Shown: positions 1-10,865, counted from the stretch's first letter. The stretch is DNA of 64,000 nt from an uncultured delta proteobacterium (GCA_963787125.1 CAWBBV010000004.1:96001-160000), one strand, 5' to 3'. Numbers and translations: made by a program. Notes: generated from the sequence alone by a model not told the origin.

Positions 1-327
1 CTCTACGCTTCGCTGGTAAACATTAATGCCTATCATCAGCCCGGGGTGGAAGCCGGCAAGAAAGCTGCTACGCAGGTGCTGCTGTTACAGGCGCAAGTGA
101 TTGACTTTTTGGGAGCTGCTCCCGGCAACAACTTCACTGCGGAAGATATTGCCAAAGGTCTTGCTCTACCGGAAAAGGCGGAACAGGTGTTCAGAATCCT
201 GCAGCATCTCGCGGCAAATCCGGGGCACCGGGTAAGGATGGAGGGAAAAGAGCCTCGCTGGGAGAGTTTATTTAGGGCCGATTCTCAAGTTAAGGGTGGC
301 GAGGAACACTTCCTGAAGAAAGCATAG
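1..327 (+). CDS. pgi: Glucose-6-phosphate isomerase, C-terminal part (5' end outside the window)
   Basis: Frame 1 reads [21 protein letters not shown], the PGI C-terminal signature. Confidence 0.85.
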   Translation, partial: LYASLVNINAYHQPGVEAGKKAATQVLLLQAQVIDFLGAAPGNNFTAEDIAKGLALPEKAEQVFRILQHLAANPGHRVRMEGKEPRWESLFRADSQVKGGEEHFLKKA

Positions 328-708
328 CAGACCGACCATCAGTGAGAACATCGCCAAGATGAAGATCAGGGAGACGGCCACTTTTGTGTCGATATTAGCG
401 TAGGAACCGAAGAAAAGGATAGCGATGACTGCACAGACCATGAGGGCGGTAATGACGCAAGCTGTGATGGCAATATTTATGTAGCGGGCCCTGCGGGATA
501 GTACTTTGAGGTTTTCCTTCAATGGCGCATCAGTTGCCGGCTCCGCAGCCTCAAGTCTCCCCTCCAGCAGCCGTGCCCGATCTATCACCCTCGCGAGCCG
601 GTTGGTCATGACACTCAGGAACGCCCCGACGGCTGTCAGGAGGAATACCGGGGCGACTGACAACTGGATAGCATGGGCGACATCGCTGATGTCGGCAAGT
701 GGACGCAT
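268..708 (-). CDS. DUF2721-like membrane protein
   Basis: [11 protein letters not shown]...[12 protein letters not shown] motif and three hydrophobic helices. Confidence 0.75.
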   Translation of the reverse strand: MRPLADISDVAHAIQLSVAPVFLLTAVGAFLSVMTNRLARVIDRARLLEGRLEAAEPATDAPLKENLKVLSRRARYINIAITACVITALMVCAVIAILFFGSYANIDTKVAVSLIFILAMFSLMVGLLCFLQEVFLATLNLRIGPK

Positions 709-788
709 GAAAAGTCTCCTCTGAACTAATTTAGTTTAAAACATTAACCCATTCTCAGACCGCTGTAACTTTAAAAGGAGCTTCTCCC

Positions 789-3740
789 ATGATGAATGAA
801 CCGGCAATAGTCAGGAGCAAATCACCGCTAGCGGCAAATCGTGCCTGGCTGCGTGAAAACATGCACCCCTATTACTTCATAAGCATGCAGGACGAGCCAA
901 AAGCAAACGCCATGCTTGAGCGCGAACTGCAGATGCTGCGCGAAAATCGGCGAATGGTGCTGGCTGACAGGGAAAACTCCCTGGTGATAGCTCTGGTTAA
1001 CCATCCCGGGACGCTTTATGCAACTTTAAGTCGCCTCCACGAACGCGAAATATCATATGCCATGATTGCTCATTCAGAAGGGCCTCTGCCCGGCCTCGAG
1101 CAGTCGCTTGAGATCCAGCGTTTTGAATTTGACCGCAAAAGCAATCTGGAGATCATCGCCGGGAAAAATGTTAGCGTGCCGGAAGCGCTAAAGCGCAAAG
1201 TCAAAGCCGACTTGAAGAACAATTTCCCCGAATTCGTCATGAGCGATTTTGATCGATTACTCCAGTTACTCTGGCTTAACAATCAGAACTATGTCAAAAC
1301 CTCCAACCCTACAAGAGTAGCACAGATCCTGCTCCTTTTGCAGCGGGGAAACCGGAGCGGCGGTTTTTATCTTGGCTTTGAAGAGATGCCGGGGAGCAGA
1401 GAGTACCGGGTGCTGCTGGCGGTTGGCAACCCTCCGCAGCGGGATTTCCTGCTGCAGATAATGGAGATCTTCAACCGTCTCGATCTCGGGGTAAACAGGG
1501 CCTATTGCCTTACCATCTGTAACGGCACGCACCCCTACTTCCTCGGGACGTTTTACGTCAGAAGGCGTGACGGAGGAGTTCTTGATAAAGATAGTGAGGA
1601 TTTTACCAAACTCCGCAATGAACTCTCCACCACCCAGATTCTTGCAACTAGGTCGCACAGTTACCAGGAGTTCGTTGTCCCGCAGGTCATGGACGGTGAA
1701 GACGCCGCCCTGATGAACGTATTCATCGCCTTCTGCCATACCAATCTTGCCCACAACCGGCCTGACCGCTTCGGTCTGGATGATGTGGAGAGCGCCTTTC
1801 ATTCCCATCCGGAAATCTCGATGCAGCTTGCACGGCTGTTCCGGGCCCGTTTCGAGCCGGGAATAGCCGCCCGCGAGCAACTCTACGGCGCGCAGCTGCT
1901 TGAGTGCCGCCGCGCTGTCGAGGAATACAACACCGGCCATCGCTACCTTGACGGGGTTCGCCGGACAATCTTCTCCTGCTGCCTGGAATTCATCGTTCAC
2001 ACCCTCAAAACAAATTTCTTTGTTCTGGAAAAGCAGGCTGTTGCCTTCCGTCTCGATCCGGCGTACCTGGCAAAACTCGGCGATGAAGCAACCTCTGATC
2101 TCCCGGCCGCGACCCCCTTCAGGGTCACCTTCTTCTTCAGCCGTTTTGGCTTTGGCTATCACATCGGTTTTTCCGATATTGCCCGCGGTGGCTGGCGTAC
2201 AGTTATTGCCCGTACTGAAGACGACTTCATCACCTCTGCCAACAATCTATTCCGGGAAAATTTTGTCCTCGCCCATACCCAGCATTTCAAGAACAAGGAT
2301 ATCTATGAAGGTGGTTCAAAACTTGTAACCGTCCTGAATGTATCGGATCTGAAGCGTGAGGAGAGACCCCTTGAGGAATTGCGGCTCTTCAAACTCCAGT
2401 ACGGGATCACCAACGCCTTCCTCGACATTTATGTCACAAAAGACGGGGTTGCCGTTCATCCACAGGTTGTCGATTACTACCTTGAAGATGAGCCGATTGA
2501 GCTGGGGCCGGATGAAAACATGCATGACAGCATGGTCGAGGTGATCGCCCGAACCTCTGAAAAAAGGGGCTATATCCTTGGAATCGGGATTATGTCCAGC
2601 AAAAAAGTCGGCATAAACCATAAGGAGTATGGGGTCACCTCCGCCGGAGTGGTCAAATTCGCCGAAATAACCATGGAGGAGCTGGGGATAGATATTCGCC
2701 ACGACTGTTACAGCGTCAAGTTTACCGGCGGCACCAATGGTGATGTGGCCGGCAATGCGATGCGGCTGCTGCTGGAGCGCTCACCAAAAGTAAAGATTAC
2801 CCTGATACTTGACGGGACTGCCGCCCTTTACGACCCTCAAGGGGCGGATCACAAGGAGCTGCAGCGGATTCTTCTTAAGGAGGATCTTGACCGGTTTTCC
2901 CCGACGGCGCTTCACTCCGGCGGCTTCATGCTCTTTAGAAGCGGCAGTCAACGGGATGGACTGCGGGAACGCTACCGCAAGGTGAGCTGCACATCAGCCG
3001 GGCTCAAGGAGGAGTGGCTCTCGGTGGATGAGTTCTCCCGTGAATATGCGGCACTCCCCTTCAGCGTCAATGCCGATCTCTTTATTCCGGCCGGCGGCAG
3101 ACCTGAGACCATCGATGCCACCAATTGGGAGCGGTTTTTCCTGGATGACGGCACCCCTTCAGCCAAAGTGATCATCGAGGGCGCAAATTCATTCATAACC
3201 CCGGACGCCCGGACTTTGCTCCAGAAACGCGGCGTCATAATTATGAGGGATGCTTCGGCTAACAAATGCGGGGTTATCTCCTCTTCCTACGAAATCATCG
3301 CGAATCTGCTCCTTTCCAAAGAAGAGTTTCTGGCAGAAAAAGAGCGTTATGTCGGCGATGTTTTGGAGATTCTTGAGAAAAGGGCAGAAGACGAAGCACG
3401 GCTTATCTTGAGAAGACGACGCGAGCAACCGGGAACCCTTTGTACCGAGCTGTCAGATGCCATTAGCACCGATATAAATGCCAATTACAGCAGACTTTTC
3501 CGCTTCTTTCAGGAAAGACCGGAACTGGCGCTGCAGCCGCTTTACAAAAAGGCGATCCTTTCGCATCTGCCTAAAATGCTCCGGGAAGAACCACGCTACA
3601 GGCAACGGCTGAAGCGCCTCCCGCAAAAGTATCTCTCGGCAATTCTTGCCGCCGAGATAGGCTCGTCAATGGTTTATCGGGGTGATCGGGATGCAGCTTT
3701 CAACGATGAGGTGAAGTTGCATCTGGAGAGAAACTTCTGA
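789..3740 (+). CDS. Large NAD-specific glutamate dehydrogenase
   Basis: DIARGGWR, KNKDIYEGGSK, LGPDEN, GINHKEYGVTS, GDVAGN, EGANSF and DASANKCGVISSSYE motifs; 983 aa; RBS AAGGAG. Confidence 0.9.
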   Translation: MMNEPAIVRSKSPLAANRAWLRENMHPYYFISMQDEPKANAMLERELQMLRENRRMVLADRENSLVIALVNHPGTLYATLSRLHEREISYAMIAHSEGPLPGLEQSLEIQRFEFDRKSNLEIIAGKNVSVPEALKRKVKADLKNNFPEFVMSDFDRLLQLLWLNNQNYVKTSNPTRVAQILLLLQRGNRSGGFYLGFEEMPGSREYRVLLAVGNPPQRDFLLQIMEIFNRLDLGVNRAYCLTICNGTHPYFLGTFYVRRRDGGVLDKDSEDFTKLRNELSTTQILATRSHSYQEFVVPQVMDGEDAALMNVFIAFCHTNLAHNRPDRFGLDDVESAFHSHPEISMQLARLFRARFEPGIAAREQLYGAQLLECRRAVEEYNTGHRYLDGVRRTIFSCCLEFIVHTLKTNFFVLEKQAVAFRLDPAYLAKLGDEATSDLPAATPFRVTFFFSRFGFGYHIGFSDIARGGWRTVIARTEDDFITSANNLFRENFVLAHTQHFKNKDIYEGGSKLVTVLNVSDLKREERPLEELRLFKLQYGITNAFLDIYVTKDGVAVHPQVVDYYLEDEPIELGPDENMHDSMVEVIARTSEKRGYILGIGIMSSKKVGINHKEYGVTSAGVVKFAEITMEELGIDIRHDCYSVKFTGGTNGDVAGNAMRLLLERSPKVKITLILDGTAALYDPQGADHKELQRILLKEDLDRFSPTALHSGGFMLFRSGSQRDGLRERYRKVSCTSAGLKEEWLSVDEFSREYAALPFSVNADLFIPAGGRPETIDATNWERFFLDDGTPSAKVIIEGANSFITPDARTLLQKRGVIIMRDASANKCGVISSSYEIIANLLLSKEEFLAEKERYVGDVLEILEKRAEDEARLILRRRREQPGTLCTELSDAISTDINANYSRLFRFFQERPELALQPLYKKAILSHLPKMLREEPRYRQRLKRLPQKYLSAILAAEIGSSMVYRGDRDAAFNDEVKLHLERNF

Positions 3741-3742
3741 AA

Positions 3743-4009
3743 TCAAGGTTTGTAAACGCTTGCCAGATAATTGACAAGGACATGCATCTCTTCAGGAGAG
3801 AGTTTAGCCCCCTTGGTGATCATTCTGTCTACGCACTCGCGCCATTGGCTTTTTGACTTTCTGGCACTTTTGGGAATGTCCGTTTTGTGGCATACCCCGC
3901 AGCGGGCTTCCAGCAGTGAAGCACCGTCAACCGTCGTGCTTGTTTTGTTGCCGCCGGAACAGCCAAAAAGGAAAGTGACGGCTGCTAAAGTTAAACCCAG
4001 CTTTCCCAT
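3743..4009 (-). CDS. Small monoheme c-type cytochrome lipoprotein
   Basis: Lipobox LFGC and heme-binding motif CGVCH. Confidence 0.8.
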   Translation of the reverse strand: MGKLGLTLAAVTFLFGCSGGNKTSTTVDGASLLEARCGVCHKTDIPKSARKSKSQWRECVDRMITKGAKLSPEEMHVLVNYLASVYKP

Positions 4010-4012
4010 GGA

Positions 4013-4399
4013 TTAACCGGCCGCCTGCTTGTCAAGAATACGCTGCCGATACTCAACTATCTCTGTCCGGAGCGCAGTCAGATTGGAGACCCTGCCATCA
4101 AGCGTTTCGATGTGGCTGTCCAGGGTCTTTAAGAGGGCGGGTATAAGTTTCTCGGTCTGCTTTGTCTCGCCGTAGAAAGAGTAAAGCGACTGCATCTCCT
4201 TGATGGTCAGGCCAAGATGTTTCAATTTCATAATGAACTTGATGCGTCTTACAAAGTAGGGGGTGTAGCCTCTGGCAGCGCCGTCGGCACGCTCTGCAGA
4301 TTCAATGATACCGACCTCTTCCCAATAGCGCAGGGTTCTGGTAGTGAGTCCGAGAGTCGCGGAGAGTTCGCTGATGGACGTCAACTGTTCTTCTGTCAT
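4013..4399 (-). CDS. MerR-family transcriptional regulator
   Basis: SISELSATLGLTTRTLRYWEEVGII helix-turn-helix; likely start ATG 4399 after an AAGGA RBS. Confidence 0.88.
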   Translation of the reverse strand: MTEEQLTSISELSATLGLTTRTLRYWEEVGIIESAERADGAARGYTPYFVRRIKFIMKLKHLGLTIKEMQSLYSFYGETKQTEKLIPALLKTLDSHIETLDGRVSNLTALRTEIVEYRQRILDKQAAG

Positions 4400-4422
4400 C
4401 TGATTTCCTTTTACGTAAAGTT

Positions 4423-4456
4423 TTGACAGTTTAGAATAGGCTCCATTTAATGTCAA
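4423..4456. promoter_or_regulatory. Overlapping divergent sigma70-like promoters
   Basis: Plus strand: TTGACA(4423)-N17-TTTAAT. Minus strand: TTGACA(4456)-N17-TAAACT. TTTACGTAAA palindrome at 4410-4419. Confidence 0.5.
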
Positions 4457-4534
4457 ACTCTTTGGCCTTAATGGTCTTTTTGCTAAGGTAACAAGCTTTT
4501 TACGTGATATGATGCCGTCCAATTAAACCGGTAA

Positions 4535-7500
4535 ATGAGGCAGATAATGAGAGATTCTGATAACATGAGAGAGTATTTCCCTTATTCAGTGCAGATCAGA
4601 AAGGCTGCATGGGAACGTTTCTCCCTTGCTGAAGTTCACAATGATCTGCGCCGTTCAGCTAAGCCCCGGATCATGTTCTACCGGGAACTTGCAGCAAGAC
4701 TGTCAAGCGGTGGAACAGCCGTTTTCGCCGGCGAGCTGAATCTTTACGCACTGCAACTAACCGTGCAGCGGCATCTGGTCAGCCTTTACCTGGAAAAGCA
4801 ATGTCCCGAAATCTTTCCCGCCCTGCTTGCCGTAGCCGGCATCTCTCCCGGATCAGCCCCTCTTGAAAAGCTTGCCGTTGCCTTTTGCAGGCTCTTCCCG
4901 GGCACCCCCTTTATCGACGACCCGGGGCTTGATCCGGTATGGTGGATTAAAAGCGGCGACAGTGAACTTGAGCGGGCGAAGATGCTTGTTACGGAGATAC
5001 TGATTCTCTCCGTTGCCGCATCAAACAGGGCACTAGAAAGCTTCAGAGAGGTAATCGACTGGAACGGCCTGCTGCTGGAAAGCTCATCAAAGGAGGTGGC
5101 TGACAGCGTTGAAAAGTTTCTTGACGCCGCCCCACCATTAACAGCTTTAGGGCTGACTCTTCCTGAAATCCTCCGTATGCCACAGAAGGCAGCGCCCAAC
5201 TCTCTTTACGAACAGCTTAAATTCATGACAGATCGTTGGCAGAGTGCGCTGCCGGCAGAAATTCTACCCGAGATTCTGGGCGCCTTTACCCTTGCCGAAG
5301 AAGAGGGGCGGATGTTCGCCCACCATGGTGAATTCACAGCCTCGGCGCCGGTGCTCCAGTTCGGCGCGCCTGCTGCCGACCCCGGAACTAATGACTATTA
5401 TCCTGAACCGGAAAGTTTCTCTGCCGATACCGACTGGATGCCGAATGTCGTCCTTTTGGCAAAGATGGTTTATGTCTGGCTCGGACAGCTCTCAAAAAAA
5501 TACGCTGTCGAGATAACAACCCTTGACCAGATACCGGATGAAGAGCTGGACCTGCTGGCCGGGTGGGGGGTTACCGGACTCTGGTTGATCGGACTCTGGG
5601 AGCGTTCCCCGGCATCTCAGCATATCAAGCAGATCTGCGGCAATCCCGAAGCTATTTCGTCAGCATATTCACTCTTCGACTATAGTATTGCCGCCGATCT
5701 TGGCGGGGAGGAGGCACTCTGGAAGTTCAGGGAGAAGGCCCTCAAGCGAGGCATCAGGCTGGCCAGCGACATGGTGCCGAACCATACCGGCCTTTATTCA
5801 AAGTGGATCATCGAGCATCCTGACTGGTTTGTGCAGCTAGAATACCCACCCTACCCTGCCTACCGCTTTACCGGGGTCGATCTCTCCTCCAATCCGGATA
5901 TCAGCCTGCAGATAGAGGACGGCTACTGGGAGCAACGGGATGCCGCCGTTGTTTTCAAGCACTACGATCACCGCGATGGCCGCACCCGCTATATCTACCA
6001 CGGCAATGACGGCAGCAGCACCCCCTGGAACGATACCGCCCAACTGAACTATCTGAATCCTGAAGTGCGTCAGGCTGTTATCGGCACCATTCTCCATGTG
6101 GCGCGGATGTTCCCGATAATCCGCTTTGATGCGGCCATGACTCTGGCGAAGAAGCATTATCAGCGGCTCTGGTTTCCGCAGCCGGGTCATGGCGGGATCC
6201 CTTCCCGGCCTGAGCACGGCATGACACGGGGCGAGTTTGATGCTGCCATGCCCGAGGAGTTCTGGCGGCAGGTGGTTGATACTATTGCCACCGATGCACC
6301 TGACACGCTGCTTCTGGCAGAAGCATTCTGGCTCATGGAAGGGTATTTCGTCCGGACGCTGGGGATGCACCGGGTCTACAACAGCGCCTTCATGAATATG
6401 CTGAAGATGGAGGAGAATGCCAAGTACCGCCAGACAATCAGGAACGTGCTGGAGTTCAATCCCCAGGTGCTGCAGCGTTTCGTCAACTTCATGAATAATC
6501 CCGACGAAAAGACAGCGGTAGAACAGTTCGGCAAGGAGAGCAAGTATATCGGTGCCGCAGTGCTGCTCGTTACCATGCCCGGCCTGCCGATGATCGGCCA
6601 TGGACAGATCGAGGGGTTCCATGAAAAATACGGGATGGAATACAAAAAATCCTACTGGGATGAGCCGGTTGACGAACACCTGGTAAAAGAACATGAAAGA
6701 AGGGTCTTCCCGCTGATGCGGCGGCGCTGGTTATTTTCAGGGGCAGATAATTTCAGGCTTTATGACTTTCTTGCAGGAGGGCATCCAAATGAGGATGTTT
6801 TTGCCTACTCAAACCGGGCGGGAGATCAAAGGGCGATTGTCCTTTACCATAATCGTTTTGCCTCGACTAGCGGCTACATCAACCACTCAACCTCTTTCGC
6901 CGTAAAAAATGACGCGGGCGAAATGGAGCAACGCTCAGCCACGCTCGGCGAGTCCCTTGGGTTTAATGGCGATGGGCGCCATTATTACGTTTACAGGGAT
7001 TATGCCGACGACAGCGAGTATATCCGTAATGGCAGAGAGCTTTGCAATGATGGATTTTCTATGGCCCTTTCCGCCTATGATTATCATGTGTTCATGGATT
7101 TCCGCGAAATCCGTGATGATGACTACGGCACATGGGGGAAGCTCTGTCACGCGCTTGAGGGGAGCGGAGTTCCCTCCATTGATGAGGAGGTCAAACAGAT
7201 CAGTTATGGGGCGCTCATCGACCTTTTGAGAATCCATCTGGAAAAGAGTCATGCGCTCCTTGCGGAGGGATTTGACCGGCTTTCACAGCAAGAGCTTCAC
7301 TCTGCCAGAACTGCGTTTGCGGCAAGGCAAGGGGAGTTTATGCATCAGCTGGCGACGCTTGCTTGTCCTGATGAACCTTTGCAAGATGCAGTCGCAGCGA
7401 TAGCAAAAGAGCTTGAATATATTGAAGCGGTAATTGCTGCGCAAGAGAAGATTCTGAAAGGGGAGACTGCAAGGCTGCTTGCTGCTGCATGGCTCGTTCT

Positions 7501-7972
7501 TCATCGGGTTGCCTTGAGTGGCGGTCAAGCAACCTCCTCAGAATTGGTGCACCGCTACGGCCTTGGAAGACCTCTTCAGGAGGAACTATCCGGAGAGGCT
7601 GCAGCGACTGGTGACGCGCTTGCCGAGCTGAATATCCCTGCTGTCATGGCGCTTTTCCGGCTGCTTCTCAAGTGGGAGGCTTTCCTGACGGCAGAGCGCA
7701 AAATTCTGGCAGTCGATATTGCCCTGCTATTTGAAGACCGGGATGTTGCTCTTTTCATCGGTCTCCATAAAGGGGATGGTCATCAGTGGTTTATCAAGGA
7801 GCGCTGGGAGATGATGTTTGCCTGGCTAAAATTTGCAGCCAAAATCAGCGCATCCGGCAGCAGTAAAGTTTTTGACGACAAAGAGACCGACAAGTTTATC
7901 AAGCTGCTTGTCGCTGCTGCCGAGGTTGCCGGCTACCGACTTGACAGGCTGCTGAAGGGTTTTGAATGCTGA
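4535..7972 (+). CDS. Alpha-amylase family (GH13) glycosyl hydrolase
   Basis: DMVPNHTG, IRFDAAM, LAEAFW and FMNNPDE conserved regions; the start may be ATG 4565. Confidence 0.85.
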   Translation: MRQIMRDSDNMREYFPYSVQIRKAAWERFSLAEVHNDLRRSAKPRIMFYRELAARLSSGGTAVFAGELNLYALQLTVQRHLVSLYLEKQCPEIFPALLAVAGISPGSAPLEKLAVAFCRLFPGTPFIDDPGLDPVWWIKSGDSELERAKMLVTEILILSVAASNRALESFREVIDWNGLLLESSSKEVADSVEKFLDAAPPLTALGLTLPEILRMPQKAAPNSLYEQLKFMTDRWQSALPAEILPEILGAFTLAEEEGRMFAHHGEFTASAPVLQFGAPAADPGTNDYYPEPESFSADTDWMPNVVLLAKMVYVWLGQLSKKYAVEITTLDQIPDEELDLLAGWGVTGLWLIGLWERSPASQHIKQICGNPEAISSAYSLFDYSIAADLGGEEALWKFREKALKRGIRLASDMVPNHTGLYSKWIIEHPDWFVQLEYPPYPAYRFTGVDLSSNPDISLQIEDGYWEQRDAAVVFKHYDHRDGRTRYIYHGNDGSSTPWNDTAQLNYLNPEVRQAVIGTILHVARMFPIIRFDAAMTLAKKHYQRLWFPQPGHGGIPSRPEHGMTRGEFDAAMPEEFWRQVVDTIATDAPDTLLLAEAFWLMEGYFVRTLGMHRVYNSAFMNMLKMEENAKYRQTIRNVLEFNPQVLQRFVNFMNNPDEKTAVEQFGKESKYIGAAVLLVTMPGLPMIGHGQIEGFHEKYGMEYKKSYWDEPVDEHLVKEHERRVFPLMRRRWLFSGADNFRLYDFLAGGHPNEDVFAYSNRAGDQRAIVLYHNRFASTSGYINHSTSFAVKNDAGEMEQRSATLGESLGFNGDGRHYYVYRDYADDSEYIRNGRELCNDGFSMALSAYDYHVFMDFREIRDDDYGTWGKLCHALEGSGVPSIDEEVKQISYGALIDLLRIHLEKSHALLAEGFDRLSQQELHSARTAFAARQGEFMHQLATLACPDEPLQDAVAAIAKELEYIEAVIAAQEKILKGETARLLAAAWLVLHRVALSGGQATSSELVHRYGLGRPLQEELSGEAAATGDALAELNIPAVMALFRLLLKWEAFLTAERKILAVDIALLFEDRDVALFIGLHKGDGHQWFIKERWEMMFAWLKFAAKISASGSSKVFDDKETDKFIKLLVAAAEVAGYRLDRLLKGFEC

Positions 7973-8649
7973 AACGATGCTTTCTGTTTCTCACAGTTTT
8001 AACAGTCCTTGCAAGCTGTGCATCTGCGCCGCTGCAGCAAAATGCAGTTCACGGGCTTGCCATTGATACTCTTCAGGGATCCGTAAACATCTCCCTCTCT
8101 TCTCCTGCCGGTCAGATGGCTGGCAATGGCGCGCTCTTCTATAAACGACCGGACAGCTTCCGCATCTCCATTCTCGCTCCGTTTGGTCAAGTTATTTTTG
8201 ACATAATCGTCGAGGGGGAGCAGGTGCTCTGTCTTATGGAGAGCCGTAAAAAGGGGTGGCAGGGGAACGTAAGCGATATTCCTGGCTCCCTCGGCACGAA
8301 AATATGGCCGCTCCTGAAGTGGGTGATGGAGCCGCCGCATCCGCCCGGCCCCGCACTTGAGAGGGTTTTTAGTCGCAATAACGGAACAGTTGAAAAGATT
8401 TACTATGACACATCTGGTTTTGTGCTGCGCAAAGTCAATAATTTCAGCGACGAAATACTTTACAGCGACTATCAAATTGTCGAGAATATTGCATTTCCGG
8501 GCAAGATTGTCATAAAGACTGCTGCAGGGGACACTCTTGAGCTGGTATTTAACGAACCGGAGCTGAACCATCCAGTTGAAAGCGGCATTTTCACCCCGAA
8601 TCACGAAGGCTTTGATATTCTTCCCCTTGCTGAATTCAAAGGGTTTTGA
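7966..8649 (+). CDS. Outer-membrane lipoprotein, LolA/LolB-like fold
   Basis: Lipobox LASC and a KRPDSFRISILAPFGQ motif. Confidence 0.6.
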   Translation: MLKRCFLFLTVLTVLASCASAPLQQNAVHGLAIDTLQGSVNISLSSPAGQMAGNGALFYKRPDSFRISILAPFGQVIFDIIVEGEQVLCLMESRKKGWQGNVSDIPGSLGTKIWPLLKWVMEPPHPPGPALERVFSRNNGTVEKIYYDTSGFVLRKVNNFSDEILYSDYQIVENIAFPGKIVIKTAAGDTLELVFNEPELNHPVESGIFTPNHEGFDILPLAEFKGF

Positions 8650-8697
8650 AACTGGCAATTAGCGTTTTCTTCTGCTATAAGAATTTAGTTTTTGGGT

Positions 8698-8773
8698 ACC
8701 CTGATAAACAGGATAAGTGCGTTAGCAAAGATATTTTCTGCCAGAAATGCACAGAAAATAACTTCTAACTTAC
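8698..8773 (+). repeat. 76-bp dispersed intergenic palindromic repeat, copy 1
   Basis: 70/76 identical to 20059-20134; contains a CCTG-ATAAA-CAGG hairpin and a long imperfect stem. Confidence 0.8.
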
Positions 8774-8789
8774 TAAAAGGAGATCTTCC

Positions 8790-9809
8790 ATGGCACATCA
8801 TTTGCGCAATATGTTGTTCCTCACCCTGCTGGTCATTGTGAACGGCTGTGCATCCAATTACTACAATGTTCCGCGGGAAACCTTCGAGAAAAAGGTACGG
8901 GTTCTCGGTGTTGCCCCGATCATGCTTGATGCAGATTCGGACATTCGCCATCCTGACAAGGGTGAAATTGTCAAAATTATCCGCGAAGCAAATCGTAAAA
9001 ACGAAAAAGAGCTTGTCGATATTCTTAAAAGTAACGGCGAGTACTTCTCGGTACGCTTTCTCGATGATGAGGCTGACCAACTCTTTGCGACCGTGGTCTC
9101 AAGGCGGGAGCGGCGCGATGATGCCGGAGTTGTTTATAACAAATATTTTTATAAACCCGATGAGCTTAAAAAATATATCGAACGGCACAACATCGATGCA
9201 GTCATGCTGGTAACGGTCAGCGGCATCTCCATGAACGAGAAGATCTACTCCAATAATTTCATGGCGTACCTTGAAGAAAATTACAACAACATGATCATGA
9301 CTTCCCAGATACTTGATTCTGAAGGAACGCTGCTCTGGGAGTACCCGAATTTCCGCCAACGGTTTATCACCTTCTCCCCGTTGTTTGCACTGCAATACCC
9401 TGATTTTGAGGAGGCGCGGGCGAATCTGACCGATCAGGTAAAGATCAAGTACAAGTCGGTGCCAGGAGTAAACCGTGCTTTTACCCGGAGTGAAAGCTCG
9501 TCCGTCAAGGGTTCCAGGCAGGTGTCAGTGCTTTACAATAAGCAGTTTGCTGACATGACCTCTTTCCTGCAGTATTTCCGCAACCCGTTTGAAGATAAGA
9601 AACCTGCCAGGAAAACCGATGCGGCGCCAACCCCTTCAAAAGAAAATGACGGTGCACGTATTCAGTCAGCACCATCTGCAGTGACACAACCGCCTCCGAC
9701 CCCGCTAGCACCGGCAGCAGTACCTGGCAAACCGGCACCGCGCGAATTTGAGCCGGTTAAGCCGCTTGAACCGGGCATACAAGTGATCAAGGAGCCGGAG
9801 ATAAAATAG
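8790..9809 (+). CDS. Putative lipoprotein with a Pro-rich tail
   Basis: Lipobox VNGC, RBS AAGGAG, 339 aa. Confidence 0.75.
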   Translation: MAHHLRNMLFLTLLVIVNGCASNYYNVPRETFEKKVRVLGVAPIMLDADSDIRHPDKGEIVKIIREANRKNEKELVDILKSNGEYFSVRFLDDEADQLFATVVSRRERRDDAGVVYNKYFYKPDELKKYIERHNIDAVMLVTVSGISMNEKIYSNNFMAYLEENYNNMIMTSQILDSEGTLLWEYPNFRQRFITFSPLFALQYPDFEEARANLTDQVKIKYKSVPGVNRAFTRSESSSVKGSRQVSVLYNKQFADMTSFLQYFRNPFEDKKPARKTDAAPTPSKENDGARIQSAPSAVTQPPPTPLAPAAVPGKPAPREFEPVKPLEPGIQVIKEPEIK

Positions 9810-9842
9810 TTTTGGGATGGTGAATCGCTTTAACGTTGGCAG

Positions 9843-9893
9843 AAACCAAAGAGAGCCCCGGCAGATAAGATCTGCCGGGGCTCTCTTTGGTTT
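9843..9893. terminator. Bidirectional intrinsic terminator
   Basis: Perfect 24-bp inverted repeat with a 3-nt loop, lying between convergent genes. Confidence 0.85.
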
Positions 9894-9908
9894 AGTTGCG
9901 GGTGAGAA

Positions 9909-10124
9909 TTACTTGGCTGCAGGAGCTGCTGGTGCTTCAGCAGGTTTGGCAGTTTCTTTTTTCTCGGCTTTCTTGACTTTTTTTGCCTTTTTGGCAGGCT
10001 TCTTTCCTTCAGCTTTTACCGGCGGGTGACCTGCAGGCATTGCAGTTGGCTCAGCGGCGAGAACAACACCGGCAAAAGAGAGGGTTACGAGAGTGGCTAC
10101 GATCATGGAGAGTGCTTTTTTCAT
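9909..10124 (-). CDS. Small secreted Lys/Ala-rich protein
   Basis: Signal peptide followed by a low-complexity KKPAKK tail; RBS AAGGAG. Confidence 0.75.
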   Translation of the reverse strand: MKKALSMIVATLVTLSFAGVVLAAEPTAMPAGHPPVKAEGKKPAKKAKKVKKAEKKETAKPAEAPAAPAAK

Positions 10125-10172
10125 TGGGAAGCTCCTTGTATGAGTTTGTTTGTGTTGCGATAATTTCTATAT

Positions 10173-10188
10173 TGCAGGTGCCGTGCCA
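10173..10188 (-). promoter_or_regulatory. Sigma54 (-24/-12) promoter candidate
   Basis: TGGCACGGCACCTGCA (GG-N10-GC) about 50 bp upstream of the 10124 start. Confidence 0.55.
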
Positions 10189-10325
10189 CCAGCCTCACAT
10201 TTCATAAGTGGCTGAAATGCTTGCGCACTAGTTGCAGCGCCTACCCGTCGGCAACAGAAGCTACCCCATTAGAGACAACGCATGCTGCAATTGGGGTATA
10301 TTCCCGGTCCGGCAGACACCTCGCA

Positions 10326-10865
10326 TCACCATTTCATCATGGGGAGCGGATTACGGTGATTAATAAACAGCTCCTTCGTCCCCAGCCGCAGCAGGTTTTT
10401 GTGAAAACCCAAATTCGGAAATGCGCTTTGCACCTGGTGAATAACTTCTATTGCCAAGCCGAATTTTCTGATTCCCAGTGAGGCATCAACCCAGTCACCT
10501 TTTCTAAAGATTTCGACCAGAGGGTACGGACAGTTTTTAACTGTCGTGAGTTTATGATGCTGATCAATCATGGTAGCGATCTCGGCTGCCCACCCTTCCT
10601 TGCCCACTTCGAGCAGATACTTTTTTGCCAACTCAATAGATGGCGCCAGGTAGTCGATAATTCCACCCGGCCAGATACCAAGATCATGGAAACACCCGGC
10701 AATAATCAACTTCTCTTTATCATCCGGGCGGCACTCATGGAAGGCGCAACAGAAGTGCAGCATTCGATAGACGTGGTTTTTGTAAGGCTCAAAATCGCGG
10801 CCAAGCGCCTGCTGCCGGTTGTCAAGAATGCTGTCAAGCAGGGGCAGCCTTGTTTCAATTTTCAT
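10326..10865 (-). CDS. HD-domain protein
   Basis: YKNHVYR...FHDLGIW...HHK...D pattern; overlaps the lipA stop codon. Confidence 0.75.
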   Translation of the reverse strand: MKIETRLPLLDSILDNRQQALGRDFEPYKNHVYRMLHFCCAFHECRPDDKEKLIIAGCFHDLGIWPGGIIDYLAPSIELAKKYLLEVGKEGWAAEIATMIDQHHKLTTVKNCPYPLVEIFRKGDWVDASLGIRKFGLAIEVIHQVQSAFPNLGFHKNLLRLGTKELFINHRNPLPMMKW

